A stretch of DNA of 64,000 bases from Dudresnaya verticillata. Its lineage: Eukaryota. The translations under genes were made by a program, and so were the position numbers. The notes under the pieces are model-generated. The model ran no database searches, was not told where the DNA came from, and was given only the letters and a program-made list of their open reading frames with translations. Numbering within the stretch: the first letter of the stretch is position 1; each line of letters opens with the position of its first letter. The stretch lies in NCBI GenBank assembly GCA_977862235.1, contig OZ374563.1, forward strand, positions 1,736,001 through 1,800,000, in the 5' to 3' direction. This document shows positions 22,066 to 32,572 of this stretch, piece after piece.

Positions 22066-22911
22066 ATGGACTGCGGCGACTTTTACGAAGCCGGCTACGC
22101 CTGGCTCGTCGACAGCGACGCAATAGACTCCATCCGCCCGATGACCAAGTACGAGATCCTTCAGGAGAGCGCGTCGTGCTGGTTCCATGTCGAGACGGGC
22201 GCCGCCGCCGCGGGCGAGGGGCTCTGCCAGCTCCCGTGGCAGAAGAAGTTCACGTCCATCCACGGCAACGACATCCAGGGATGCCATGCTATGTTTGAGG
22301 AGGAGAAGAGGCGTGCCAGATACCCGGTGTACAAGTGCGCCATCTCCTACAAGCACCGTCTGGACAGGGGCGGAGATGTCCCAGTTCTGACCGACACACA
22401 ATTGGGATACCTTAAGAAGCTCCTCCATCTCGTTAAACGTGATAACCAACATATTGGCAACCACAAGGCCACATACGCACTGTGGCTTGACGACGTGTAC
22501 ACGTTCAGGGTGCGGGACAAGACCAGATCTAGTCGGTGGGTGAGTCATGGCCTCAAGCCGTACATGAGCAGCACCGTGCTGGCGCTCAACCATCCCGTCT
22601 ATGCTTGCGGCGGCGGCAAGCTTGGGTTTTGGCTTTGTGCAGAGCAATGGCTCGGGCAGTCTAGCGGGACCAGGTTCTATCGTATCATGGGTGGGCAAGC
22701 GCACCATACAGAATATAAACTTTCTAAACGCAGTGATCCTCTGGGCACGCTGGCGCTTCTTGTTAAGCTTGCTAGACAGCATGGCCGTCTGAGGCTGAAC
22801 GATCCCCATGGGGCGGTAGAAGATTTCTTGAGAAGGCATACAAGGGAAAACGTGCCTATGGATAAAGGCATTCAGAGAGAGTTTCTGAGGTTTCTTGGAA
22901 AGGAGATATGA
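22066..22911 (+). CDS. HET/TIR-like orphan protein, copy 3
   Basis: Translation identical to 1950-2795. Confidence 0.65.
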   Translation: MDCGDFYEAGYAWLVDSDAIDSIRPMTKYEILQESASCWFHVETGAAAAGEGLCQLPWQKKFTSIHGNDIQGCHAMFEEEKRRARYPVYKCAISYKHRLDRGGDVPVLTDTQLGYLKKLLHLVKRDNQHIGNHKATYALWLDDVYTFRVRDKTRSSRWVSHGLKPYMSSTVLALNHPVYACGGGKLGFWLCAEQWLGQSSGTRFYRIMGGQAHHTEYKLSKRSDPLGTLALLVKLARQHGRLRLNDPHGAVEDFLRRHTRENVPMDKGIQREFLRFLGKEI

Positions 22912-24009
22912 GATGGGAGGGAAACTCTTGGATGTAGACGGCTTGTAATGGTGGTTATTCAGTTTTGGGATGCTGCAACTGTATCCGTCTCAGTAAAGCG
23001 TTCGTTTCTATGTGATATAGACCACCGTTTGCATCGTCGAAGATTGAAAGCATTGGTATCAAAGGTTGCCCTTCATCACACAAGATTTCTTATAGTTGCA
23101 AGCAGCTGGGGGTACTGAAGGCGAGATTGAAATGAGGCAGACTGTCGTTCTCATCCGCCCAATGTGTACGAGCGAAGAGACATGCAATGCGCCTTGTACA
23201 AGGTAAGGCAATGGATTTTCTAAGCCGCTTGCTGGCCTCCCGTTGGGGAAAAATGCACGACGGGCACGTGAGGATCAAGCCGGGTGGGGAAGAAGCGTTC
23301 ACGACAGCAACAGTGTTGATGTCAACAGACCGATCACAGCTCATGCACTGAGATTCTTGCGACCAGCGGCCCAATGACAGCAATTTCAGCTCTCCCATGA
23401 CATTTCCGCGACATTTCCATGATTTGCACTGTCGCAGAGCAGGTTAGCGAGACTTCGCCATCATCTATCATTTTCATACCTTCTGTAGGGCACACCACAA
23501 TTTTTCGCTCATTGCTTGCACCGCTTCTGAGTTTCAATGAGTTCCGTAGCAAACTTCTTCTTAAGAAGGTAGGAAAAGAAGAAATAAATTGAAACTCTCC
23601 GAAGATGTGGAATTCAAAGCGTAACTTTCATTTCAGAGTGTAGACTGCAGTCGGCAGTCGGCCTCTCCTAACAACTGCATTTTGCTGAGGGCAATATCTA
23701 GTTTTGTTTTAGACTCTCACGTTGTGTTGAGGTCTGACTACATCATTTGGTTCTTGTTTTAACGATAGAGGACCCTCCTCTCCCGAGAGAGTCAATCCTC
23801 TCCGAGAAAAGAATCTACTCTTGAACATCGAGTTTCCTTTACAAGCACTGTAGTATAAGTAGCGGCCAGCGTGCAGCTTTCCGAATAAAAAAGGGCATCA
23901 GACTCGACAAAGGAGCTGGTCGTTTACGCCACTGCTTCTGCTCAATGCTTCGCGGCGCGTGTAAAAGAGTCATTGTGGGGACCGCATTACATTACTTGCC
24001 AAGCCTTAA

Positions 24010-25092
24010 ATGGTTTTCATCCCAGTCCGTTCTTCCTGGGTTGGTTATTTTATCGAGTTTGTGTCGATATTCACCGAGCTGGCTCTCCTCAAGGGATTAC
24101 TCAACTTGCGAGCCTATTTCGAGTGCAAGGAGTTAGAGAAAGGGAATGATATTAGAATTAAAGCGCATCTGACTCGCGTCCGCATTATCAAGATATCTGC
24201 TCTGGTGCTATTTGTTTTTTCAGGAGGTTTGGTATCTGCTTATAATCAACCCAGGAAAGAAAAAATCAAGAGAACAGACCGTTGCATAAAAACGTCCTTT
24301 GGAATTTCTAAGAAGGATGAAACTACCCTGTCAGAAATTATCTCCTATGGGTGCCTTACTGTTGAGAAAAACATCATTTATTTCAAGACGGGCAACTTTA
24401 GCTTGAGAAATGGTCAAGGTACTTGCAACAATGAGTTAGCGTTCAGTTTCCAGCTGGGCGAAGTAGTGAAAATTTCGAAAAGAGATGCTGGAGATGTTGA
24501 AGAAAAGTGCGGCGATGGATCCTGTTCTCTGGTGGCTTGGAAAGATGGGCGATTGCTGGATTCTGGTTTGCAGCCGCCCCGTTTGACAGATGACGAACGT
24601 ATATCTTTTTATCCCACAAATGTTACAAAAGATATTAGTAACGACCTGCCTCGCTACGCCGAGAAGGCTTACAACCTGAATGCAGTTCCTGTGACTGACA
24701 CTGTTGTTTTTAGAAGGAGGTTGCTGATCGGATGGGAGGAAGGTGAATGTCCGTTCGAGAGCGACAAGCGTGATGGTACAGACCTTCCCTTAGCAATCAT
24801 CATAATCACTGGTGCAATATGGACACTGACTATCGCCTTTTTCTTGGGAACACTGGTGTTGAAGCACAATTGCAACATCTTGTATGACCTCAATGATATC
24901 AAGAAAATTCTGACCAACACAATTATTAATGGAGACATGAGTAGGACCTCGCCCGACGACGGAGTCATCTGTTTACAGGAGGACAGCACGTCCGGTACAA
25001 GAAGAGTTACCTATACTACAGTAACTCAACGTCCAACAAAGGACCAAGAGGGAACCGCTTCTCTGCCTGACACGATAGACACGATGGCCTAA
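24010..25092 (+). CDS. Membrane protein A, copy 3
   Basis: Translation identical to 3894-4976. Confidence 0.8.
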   Translation: MVFIPVRSSWVGYFIEFVSIFTELALLKGLLNLRAYFECKELEKGNDIRIKAHLTRVRIIKISALVLFVFSGGLVSAYNQPRKEKIKRTDRCIKTSFGISKKDETTLSEIISYGCLTVEKNIIYFKTGNFSLRNGQGTCNNELAFSFQLGEVVKISKRDAGDVEEKCGDGSCSLVAWKDGRLLDSGLQPPRLTDDERISFYPTNVTKDISNDLPRYAEKAYNLNAVPVTDTVVFRRRLLIGWEEGECPFESDKRDGTDLPLAIIIITGAIWTLTIAFFLGTLVLKHNCNILYDLNDIKKILTNTIINGDMSRTSPDDGVICLQEDSTSGTRRVTYTTVTQRPTKDQEGTASLPDTIDTMA

Positions 25093-26935
25093 GGGTGAGG
25101 AACGACCTCCATTTATGTCTCTTCTTCGCTCGAAGTCGTTCCTGGGCATGAAGTCGATTGAAATACAGGGCGTGTGCTACACCTTTCTTTCGTCTTGCTT
25201 ATGGAGCTCCGCAGCTGTCATCCAGCACATTGTGCAACCTATTTATCACGGACTAGTTGTATGACGGATTTCCACGTTCTGGGAGAGAGCCACGACGTGC
25301 TGCTACACCTTGCTATTCCATGGCCTTTTCTATATCAAAATCGGTACACTTCTGGGTGCCGTTCATTGCAACCTTTTATTTAATGTAGTCGTTGATATGC
25401 TGCAGCGACGTGGACCCGTCGCAGAAGGTCAGGCGGCACGCCGCGGCGCACGGGTCCGGCGCCAGGTTGGGCGACAGCGCGCGCAGCTGCGGCGCGCGCG
25501 GCTTGGCGCTGCGCGCGGCGCGCAGCAGCGACATCAGCAGCAGGGCGGACAGCGGGTGCAGAGGGTGCGCGCGCGGCATGGCGGAGGGCGGGGCGAGGGC
25601 GACGGTGATTGCGCGGCGTGGCGATGGCGGGGGGGCGCGGGGCGCGGGGCGGTGGGGGGGAATGGTGACATAAGTAGGGGGAAACGGCTGGGAGCGGCGA
25701 TGTGTGATCTCTCGTGGGGTGAGACTGTGACTCTGAGAGTGGTGGCGGGATGCGGCAGCGGCAGGAGGGATGGCGTGCTGCAGCGATAGATGCGGCTCCA
25801 ACGTAACCGCAAATTGCGCGGGCAGTCTCGAGTGATATTGCGGAAAGTTGTGCGGTTCTTATGACTTCGCTAATGTGATGAACGTTACGAAGCGCTGTTG
25901 CGGCTCCCGTCGGGTGCGTATGTGATCACAGTACGGTAGACGCACTGCTACCTGTACGTCATGTACCTTTGAAGGTATAACACTATTATACTGCACAGGG
26001 CAGCTACAGCGGCTTCGCAGTCGCGTCTCCCAATATCTACGCGATGACACGCACAGCACTCCCACCTTCCTCCTTGCAACCGCCAGTCTTGCTCCTCGCT
26101 ACTTGTTGTTTGCGTTATCCAAAGAATAACAAGAAAAAAGCAAGTGGGACTAGACTACACTAGAATCAAGTGGGCCAAGTGCAAGTTGCCGAGACCGGTT
26201 TGCTTGTTGTAGTCCCCCCAGCTGTAGAGTGTGCATCAGTTCCAACCGAATATCAAACAGACCTTGACCCTTGCAAGGTATAGCAAAAAGTCGGATACGA
26301 AAATGTCGCCATTCTCGAAAACGCTCCGCGTGATTCGCACTTCCTCCATGTCCATCATTTCGAACACATTATTATGCAAACACTTGTTGTACTATCCAGG
26401 CATGTCCCAATGGCAGCAAACAAAGTCGCACTATCATTCCATCCCGGCCTCAGTAACACTTTGGCCTTGTGGTACCACCTTATTAACACCATCGAAAAAA
26501 CTTCAGACGGGAACGAATGTATTGGGCCCATCACTAGCAAACTGGCTTTGGGGCCTTTACATATTTGCAGCCCCAGCTCAGCAAGCCTTTCGCACCTCTT
26601 CATCATTTCAGCCCACTTCCGTAGAGATTAGAGTATGTAATTCCCAGAAAACTCGGGGCAAGAATGTGGACTCCATATCGCAGGTTAACGAGACTTCGCC
26701 AGAGTCTATCATTTTCATACCTTCTGTAGGGCACAGCACTATTTTTCGCCCATTGCTTGCATCGCTTCTGATTTTCAATGAGTTCCGTAGCAAACTTCTT
26801 CTTAAGAAGGCAGGAAAAGAAGGGGGGGAAATTAAACTCTCCGAAGATGTCGAATCCAACGCGTTCAGGAGCAGATACATAACCTGATTTCAGAGCCATT
26901 GTGGGGACCGCGTTACATTACTGGCGACGTCTGAA

Positions 26936-28054
26936 ATGGTTTTCATCCCAGTCCGTTCTTCCTTGGTTGGTTATTTTATCGAGGGTGTTTCGATATTCAC
27001 CGAGCTGGCTCTCCTCAAGGGATTACTCAACTTGCGAGCCTATTTCGAGTGCAAGGAGTTAGAGAAAGGGAAAGGTATTAGAATTAAAGCGCATCTGACT
27101 CGCGTCCGCGTCATCCAGATATCTGCTGTGGTGCTATTTATTGCCGCAGAAGGTTTGGTATCTGCTTTTAATCAACCCGGGAAAGAAAAAATCCCGAGAA
27201 CAGACCGTTGCATAAAAACGTCCTTTGGAATTTCTAAGAAGGATGAAACTCCACTGTCAGAAATTGTCTCCTATGGGTGCCTTACTGTTGAGAAAAACAT
27301 CATTTCTTTCAAGACGGGCAACTTTAGCTTGGAAAATGGTCAAGCTACTTGCAGCAATGAGACAGCGTTCAGTTTCAAACTCGGCGAAGTAGTGAAAATT
27401 TCGAAAAGAGATGCTGGAGATGTTGAAGAAAAGTGCGGCGATGAATCCTGTTCTCTGGTGGCTTGGAAAGATGGGCGATTGCTGTATTCTGGTGAGTACC
27501 CGAAGGATTTGATAAATGACAAACCTATAGAATTTTATCCCACAAATGTTACAAAAGATATTAGTAACGACCTTCCTCGCTACGCCGAGAAGGCTCACAA
27601 ACTGAATGCAGTTCCTGTGACTGACACTGTTGTTTTTAGAAGGAGGTTGCTGATCGGATGGGAGGAAGGTGAATGTCCGTTCGAGAGCGACAAGCGTGAT
27701 GGCACAGACCTTCCCTTAGCAATCATCATAATCACTGGTGCAATATGGACATTGACTATCGCCTTTTTCTTGGGAACACTGCCGTTGAAGCGCAATACCT
27801 TCTTTGACATAAATGATACGAAGAAAGTTCTGACCAACACAATTATTAATGGAGACATGAGTAGGGGCTCGCCCGACGATGGAATCATCCGTTTGCAGGG
27901 CAGCACGTCCGGTACAAGAAGAGTTACCATTACTACCGTAAATCAACGTCCAACAAGTCGTTCCAACCGTACTAGTCTGGGTGGCAGTTCGGTTGATACA
28001 AAGGACCAAGAGGGAACCGCTTCTCTGCCTGACACGATAGACACGATGGCCTAA
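26936..28054 (+). CDS. Membrane protein B, copy 3 (variant allele)
   Basis: As copies 1 and 2 except KRNIFFDLNDRKK to KRNTFFDINDTKK (SNPs 27798, 27809, 27819). Confidence 0.8.
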   Translation: MVFIPVRSSLVGYFIEGVSIFTELALLKGLLNLRAYFECKELEKGKGIRIKAHLTRVRVIQISAVVLFIAAEGLVSAFNQPGKEKIPRTDRCIKTSFGISKKDETPLSEIVSYGCLTVEKNIISFKTGNFSLENGQATCSNETAFSFKLGEVVKISKRDAGDVEEKCGDESCSLVAWKDGRLLYSGEYPKDLINDKPIEFYPTNVTKDISNDLPRYAEKAHKLNAVPVTDTVVFRRRLLIGWEEGECPFESDKRDGTDLPLAIIIITGAIWTLTIAFFLGTLPLKRNTFFDINDTKKVLTNTIINGDMSRGSPDDGIIRLQGSTSGTRRVTITTVNQRPTSRSNRTSLGGSSVDTKDQEGTASLPDTIDTMA

Positions 28055-29276
28055 GGGTGAGGAACGACCTAAATTTATGTCTCTTCTTCGCTCGAAGTCG
28101 TTCCTGGGCATGAAGTCGATTGAAATACAGGGCATGTGCTACACCCTTCTTTCGTCTTGCTTATGGAGCTCCGTAGTTGTCATCCAGCATATTGTGCAAC
28201 CTATTTATCACGGACTAGTTGTATGACGGATTTCCACGTTCTGGGAGAGAGCCACGACGTGCTGCTACATCTTGCTATTCCATGGCCTTTTCTACATCAA
28301 AATCGGTACACTTCTGGGTGCCGTTCATTGCAACCTTTTATTTAATGTAGTCGTTGATATGCTACAGCTGAGGTCACTTTCCGGATCTCATTTCTTCTGC
28401 ACTAACCTATAAATACGTGTTCGGCATTCTATTCACAGCTTCCAGCAATCACTCCCAGAGGCAATAACAATAAGCGATGATTTCGAGTGGAATGAATAGG
28501 CAGAGCCTTAGAAGAGCATTTGAATCTACGAGGAAAATCCTCAATAGCACAAATCTTGCGCAGCGCAACTGGTTATCAGCGGCAACTTTCTGCTTAGCTA
28601 CATGCTGATACCACCTCTCCTTGGAGGGCTCCCAAGTAGCACAGCGCCTCCTCCGTGGTACCACTGGGGGAGCAGCAGGCACGTGATCGACAATAGAAGC
28701 GTGTTTGTTACATGGAGCTGGCGTCAGCCTGCATAGAAAACTTACTCTTCTCTTTCCGTGCAGTGACCTCTCATGTGGTCCACTCCGGTAGGACGAGCGT
28801 ATGAAGCTCTTTCTCAGGAGAACACTAAAGTGCAGCGCAGGTGGCAAAAAGACTGTTGGCATCTTGTGGGCTGTGTTGTTCATCGTGTCGCGGGCGCAAA
28901 AAGGACAGGAGTCCAATCCAAGAGTCTGACCGACGTTTGTCCAGGGACGCCACACCTGCGCACGCCCTGCTTTCGCTCTCACCATGAATGTCGCGAGATG
29001 CAAAAGTGTGTTCGTATGCTCCCAGGAGGCACGTGCTGCGCACATTTTATTGGATGCTGCCCGTTTTGCTTTGAGATGGGCCCTCACCAAGCCATTTACG
29101 GCAATTTCACCTCCCACATCACAATTCCGTGATGTGCGCTGTCCAAGTCGAAGACCAAGTCACACCTTCCACACGAAACGCCGGGGGCACAAGACGGACG
29201 CCGTCGGTGAACCCGCTCGTCGCGGGCAACGGCGCAGCACAGCGCAACCCCAGCCCGACCTCGGCGCCTCTCCGCG

Positions 29277-30344
29277 ATGCAATTCTCTCGGGCAGTATCC
29301 GCGCTACCGCGGCGAACCTTTGCGCAGCACCACGTGCGCCGGCTACAGGGCACGCCGCCGCGGGGCACGCCGCGGAAGACGATGCGCACGCTGCGCCACA
29401 AGTACGAGCGAGGCGGGTCGCTGACCATGCTGACTGCGTACGACTACCCCTCCGCGCTGCACGCGGACCGCGCGGGCGTGGACGCCGTGCTGGTCGGCGA
29501 CTCGCTGGGCATGGTCGTGCTGGGCTCGCGCACCACGCAGGCAGTCACGCTGGACGATATGGCACACCACGCGCGCGCTGCGCGTCGCGGAGTGCACGAC
29601 GCTTTGCTCGTGGCTGACCTACCGTTCGGTACGTACGAGACGAGCACGTCGCAGGCAGTTTCGTCCGCAGTGCGACTGGTCAAGGAAGCCGGCGTGGACG
29701 CCGTTAAGCTGGAGGGCGGCCGCGATCGGCAGCACATCCTGTCTGCTGTGGTTGACGCCGGTGTCGCCGTCATGGGCCATGTCGGGTTGCAGCCGCAGGC
29801 TGTGAGCAGGCTAGGGGGCTTTCGCGCTGTTGGTAAGAGCTGTGGAGAAGCCTGGCGCGTACTGGACGACGCTCGTGCTGTGGAGGCTGCAGGCGCATTC
29901 GCGTTCGTCATCGAGTGTGTACCGGAGCGCCTCGCGGGTGTTGTTCGCCGCGCCGTGGACATTCCAACGGTGGGTATTGGTAGTGGTGTGGAATGTGACG
30001 GGCAGGTGTTGGTGTATCATGATATGCTTGGGATTCTGTCGCACCCGCACCATGCCAAGGTAGCACCCAAGTTTTCCAAGCTGTTTGCCGAGCTTGGCCC
30101 CCTTATCGACGAGGCCATTAGAGAGTACTGCCGTCAGGTCGAACAGGGCGAATTTCCAAGTGAGAGGTATTCGCCATACTCCATTCCGGATAAAGAGTTT
30201 GATGACTTTCTGCGACAAGCCGGGGATCTGGAGGTGCGCAAGCGTGCCATCGAGGCTCGCGAGGAACGCCAGCAGCCACTGAAAGACGCTGGATCTCCTC
30301 GCGACGCCAGTCCACAAAGCACACAAGGTATTTCCGTATACTGA
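29277..30344 (+). CDS. panB: Ketopantoate hydroxymethyltransferase, terminal copy (DDMAHH instead of DDMVHH)
   Basis: Same motifs; T/C difference at 29563 and a silent difference at 29975. Confidence 0.97.
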   Translation: MQFSRAVSALPRRTFAQHHVRRLQGTPPRGTPRKTMRTLRHKYERGGSLTMLTAYDYPSALHADRAGVDAVLVGDSLGMVVLGSRTTQAVTLDDMAHHARAARRGVHDALLVADLPFGTYETSTSQAVSSAVRLVKEAGVDAVKLEGGRDRQHILSAVVDAGVAVMGHVGLQPQAVSRLGGFRAVGKSCGEAWRVLDDARAVEAAGAFAFVIECVPERLAGVVRRAVDIPTVGIGSGVECDGQVLVYHDMLGILSHPHHAKVAPKFSKLFAELGPLIDEAIREYCRQVEQGEFPSERYSPYSIPDKEFDDFLRQAGDLEVRKRAIEAREERQQPLKDAGSPRDASPQSTQGISVY

Positions 30345-30395
30345 GTAGCTTGGAATCGGCACATGACAGTCGGTGATGAGGTTAAAACATCTGTG

Positions 30396-32015
30396 TTAAG
30401 GTCGTTCCCCTACGCCCCCACACATGTCATACACAGCCTGTGCTATTTGCAGGGCAATCTCATCTGCCTTGCCACCACTCCCGACAGGCGCCTCGGCGTA
30501 CACTCGAACAATATCTTCTGTACCACTCGGCCGTACGAAAGCCCGACAGCCCTCTCCGGTAGAAATCTTCATGACAGCGTCGCGAAGTGCCCGCGGCTCC
30601 CTGACGAGACGGTCGCAGTCCTCCGTAGCGATCACACTCTTATCAGCAATACGCACCACGAGATTGCTACTGCATCTCTCGTCGTACAGCATAAGGCAAT
30701 CCGCGAACGACATCCCTTCACTCGCGAGAATGCCCAGCACGAGCAGCAAGTCGGCCACGCCGTCGCCCACAGCCTGGTTGGCCAGCTCACTCATCGCAAG
30801 CAGCAGGGACAGACTGAGTTTTTGCTCCGATTCGGCCGGCTCACCCCCCAGGCGATCCATCGCCGCGGACAGGGCCGCGACGGCGTTGTCGCCGAACAAA
30901 ATTGTGCCGTGTCCATTCGGTTCCCAATAAATACCTATATCAAACGTCCGCACGGCACGCTCCAGATGCTTGACGCCTGTCTTCGCGATGACGACCTCCA
31001 CGCCGGCGAGGGCGGACAAAAATTCTGTGGCAGCGCCGTTTGAGTACGCCGTCTGTGCAACAGCAACGGTGAGTCCAGATACGGCGGCCTGCGTGAGATG
31101 TCTGGCCACAAACGACGAGACAAGCGCGGCAAAGCGATCGCCGTCGGCCAGCACGACACCCTGCCTCTCTGGGCGTGGCTCAAACATGACCAGACGGTCT
31201 GCGTCGCCGTCCAGAGAGGCCCACAGGGTGCGCTCCGGCTCGGCCCCGGCGTACACGGCAGGCATCTCGCGGCGCTTCTGTACAAAATCGGCACCGCAAC
31301 GTTCATTGAGCGGGCCATCCTCCGGGCGGTTAACGACGACAGTACCCTTTGGGAGAACGTCGCGCAGCTCATGGATGGGCTGCGCGCCGACGCCGCATGC
31401 GCAGTCGACGACGAGCGGGGGCGGGGTGGCAGCGGTGCGGGCGGTGAGACGGGCGTACGCAGCTCGCAGCTGGCGGTAATAGTCGGGCAGCGTGGCCGCG
31501 CGGCTGCGCTGGCGCTGGCGGAGGACGTAGTGGAGCTGCGGTGTGGTGACGCAGCCCAGCAGCTCGACGCGGGCGCCGACGGCCTCTGCGCCCTGTCGGG
31601 CGAGGTCGACGAGGGCGGGGGCGGAGGCGCGGGTGTCGCACGCGAGTAGGACGGAGGCCACGCCGGCGGTAGCGACAGCGTCGATGTCGACGAGCGGGGC
31701 CAGGGCGGCGGTGGGCGTGGACGACGCGTTGACGAACGGGGTTGCCGCCGCTTCCCACTCGGCGTGCAGCATGGAGCCGTCCGGCTCGACTAGCTTGACG
31801 CCGTTGTCCGACGGCGGGTTGTGCGACGCAGTGACGATGAGGCCCACGGTTGCGCCGGAGAGGACGTGCGAGCGGCATGCGGCGAGCACGCCGCAGCGGA
31901 GCAGCGCTTCTTGCAGGGTTGAGGCCGGCCCGCGGAAGCCCGCCGTGCCGTACGAGAGCGGGGTTGGGTGCGGGCGGTGGCCGAGCAGGCTGTTTAGATC
32001 GGACGTTGCGGTCAT
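30396..32015 (-). CDS. PGM3: Phosphoacetylglucosamine mutase (AGM1/PGM3), full length
   Basis: YGTAGFR, TASHNP-x2-DNGVKLV, DGDADRL, WEPNGHG, FVRPSGTEDIVRVYAEA; start placed at ATG 32015 (MTATSDL). Confidence 0.95.
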   Translation of the reverse strand: MTATSDLNSLLGHRPHPTPLSYGTAGFRGPASTLQEALLRCGVLAACRSHVLSGATVGLIVTASHNPPSDNGVKLVEPDGSMLHAEWEAAATPFVNASSTPTAALAPLVDIDAVATAGVASVLLACDTRASAPALVDLARQGAEAVGARVELLGCVTTPQLHYVLRQRQRSRAATLPDYYRQLRAAYARLTARTAATPPPLVVDCACGVGAQPIHELRDVLPKGTVVVNRPEDGPLNERCGADFVQKRREMPAVYAGAEPERTLWASLDGDADRLVMFEPRPERQGVVLADGDRFAALVSSFVARHLTQAAVSGLTVAVAQTAYSNGAATEFLSALAGVEVVIAKTGVKHLERAVRTFDIGIYWEPNGHGTILFGDNAVAALSAAMDRLGGEPAESEQKLSLSLLLAMSELANQAVGDGVADLLLVLGILASEGMSFADCLMLYDERCSSNLVVRIADKSVIATEDCDRLVREPRALRDAVMKISTGEGCRAFVRPSGTEDIVRVYAEAPVGSGGKADEIALQIAQAVYDMCGGVGERP

Positions 32016-32572
32016 CTTGGCAGGAGTGGAGATGAGGGGAGGGGCGCGGGTCGGTCGCAGGGGGAGGGAGGGAGGGAGGAGCAGCACGACGGCGGGGTGC
32101 GATCGGGGAAGATGCGCGGACGGATTGGTTGCCTGCTGACACATTTCCATTCGGCGGGTCAGTGTTGAGCCAATTGAAAGGGCGACGGCGCGGCACACGT
32201 CAGATTGCTACGTCATCTTCGCGGTGAATTGGAATTTGCCATTGGCGCTCGCTACCCGAAACGCAATCTCCCCCTTCCCCGCGCCTGCCCTGAACAGTAA
32301 CACTCAACGGTGCCGCTGAGACAAACACACGGCCGAACTAACAGGGCGCTTCCCCTCAGCTTGCTTCATCTTCACGCATGAAGACCATTCATACCTCAGC
32401 TCCTCGCAAGAGCACGGTCGCAGCCGTATGCCTGCAATCACGCTCGGAACACGCAACTCAACACGTTACGCCCCTGGTAAACCGCAGACCCGGCAAGCAA
32501 CCCAACGCCGAAGCGAGTCGCTCTCCAACAACGCATCCAACTTTACAAGGCCCAAACGTCCCAACCTCCACC

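Larger units (their letters stand above)
1..31177. repeat. Direct tandem array of a 10,058-bp unit (units 1003-11060, 11061-21118, 21119-31177, plus tail 1-1002 of a preceding unit)
   Basis: The ORF set recurs with identical translations at +10058 and +20116 (apart from the variant tract in the last unit); the offset grows by 1 after a 1-bp gain near 28488; similarity ends at GGGCGTG (996-1002 = 31171-31177) inside PGM3. Confidence 0.97.

Noticed and set aside
1..31177. rDNA array, integrated virus or plasmid concatemer
   Set aside because: The unit size is rDNA-like but no rRNA motifs are visible; there is no capsid, polymerase, integrase or rep ORF; the unit ends inside a chromosomal gene that continues as single-copy DNA.
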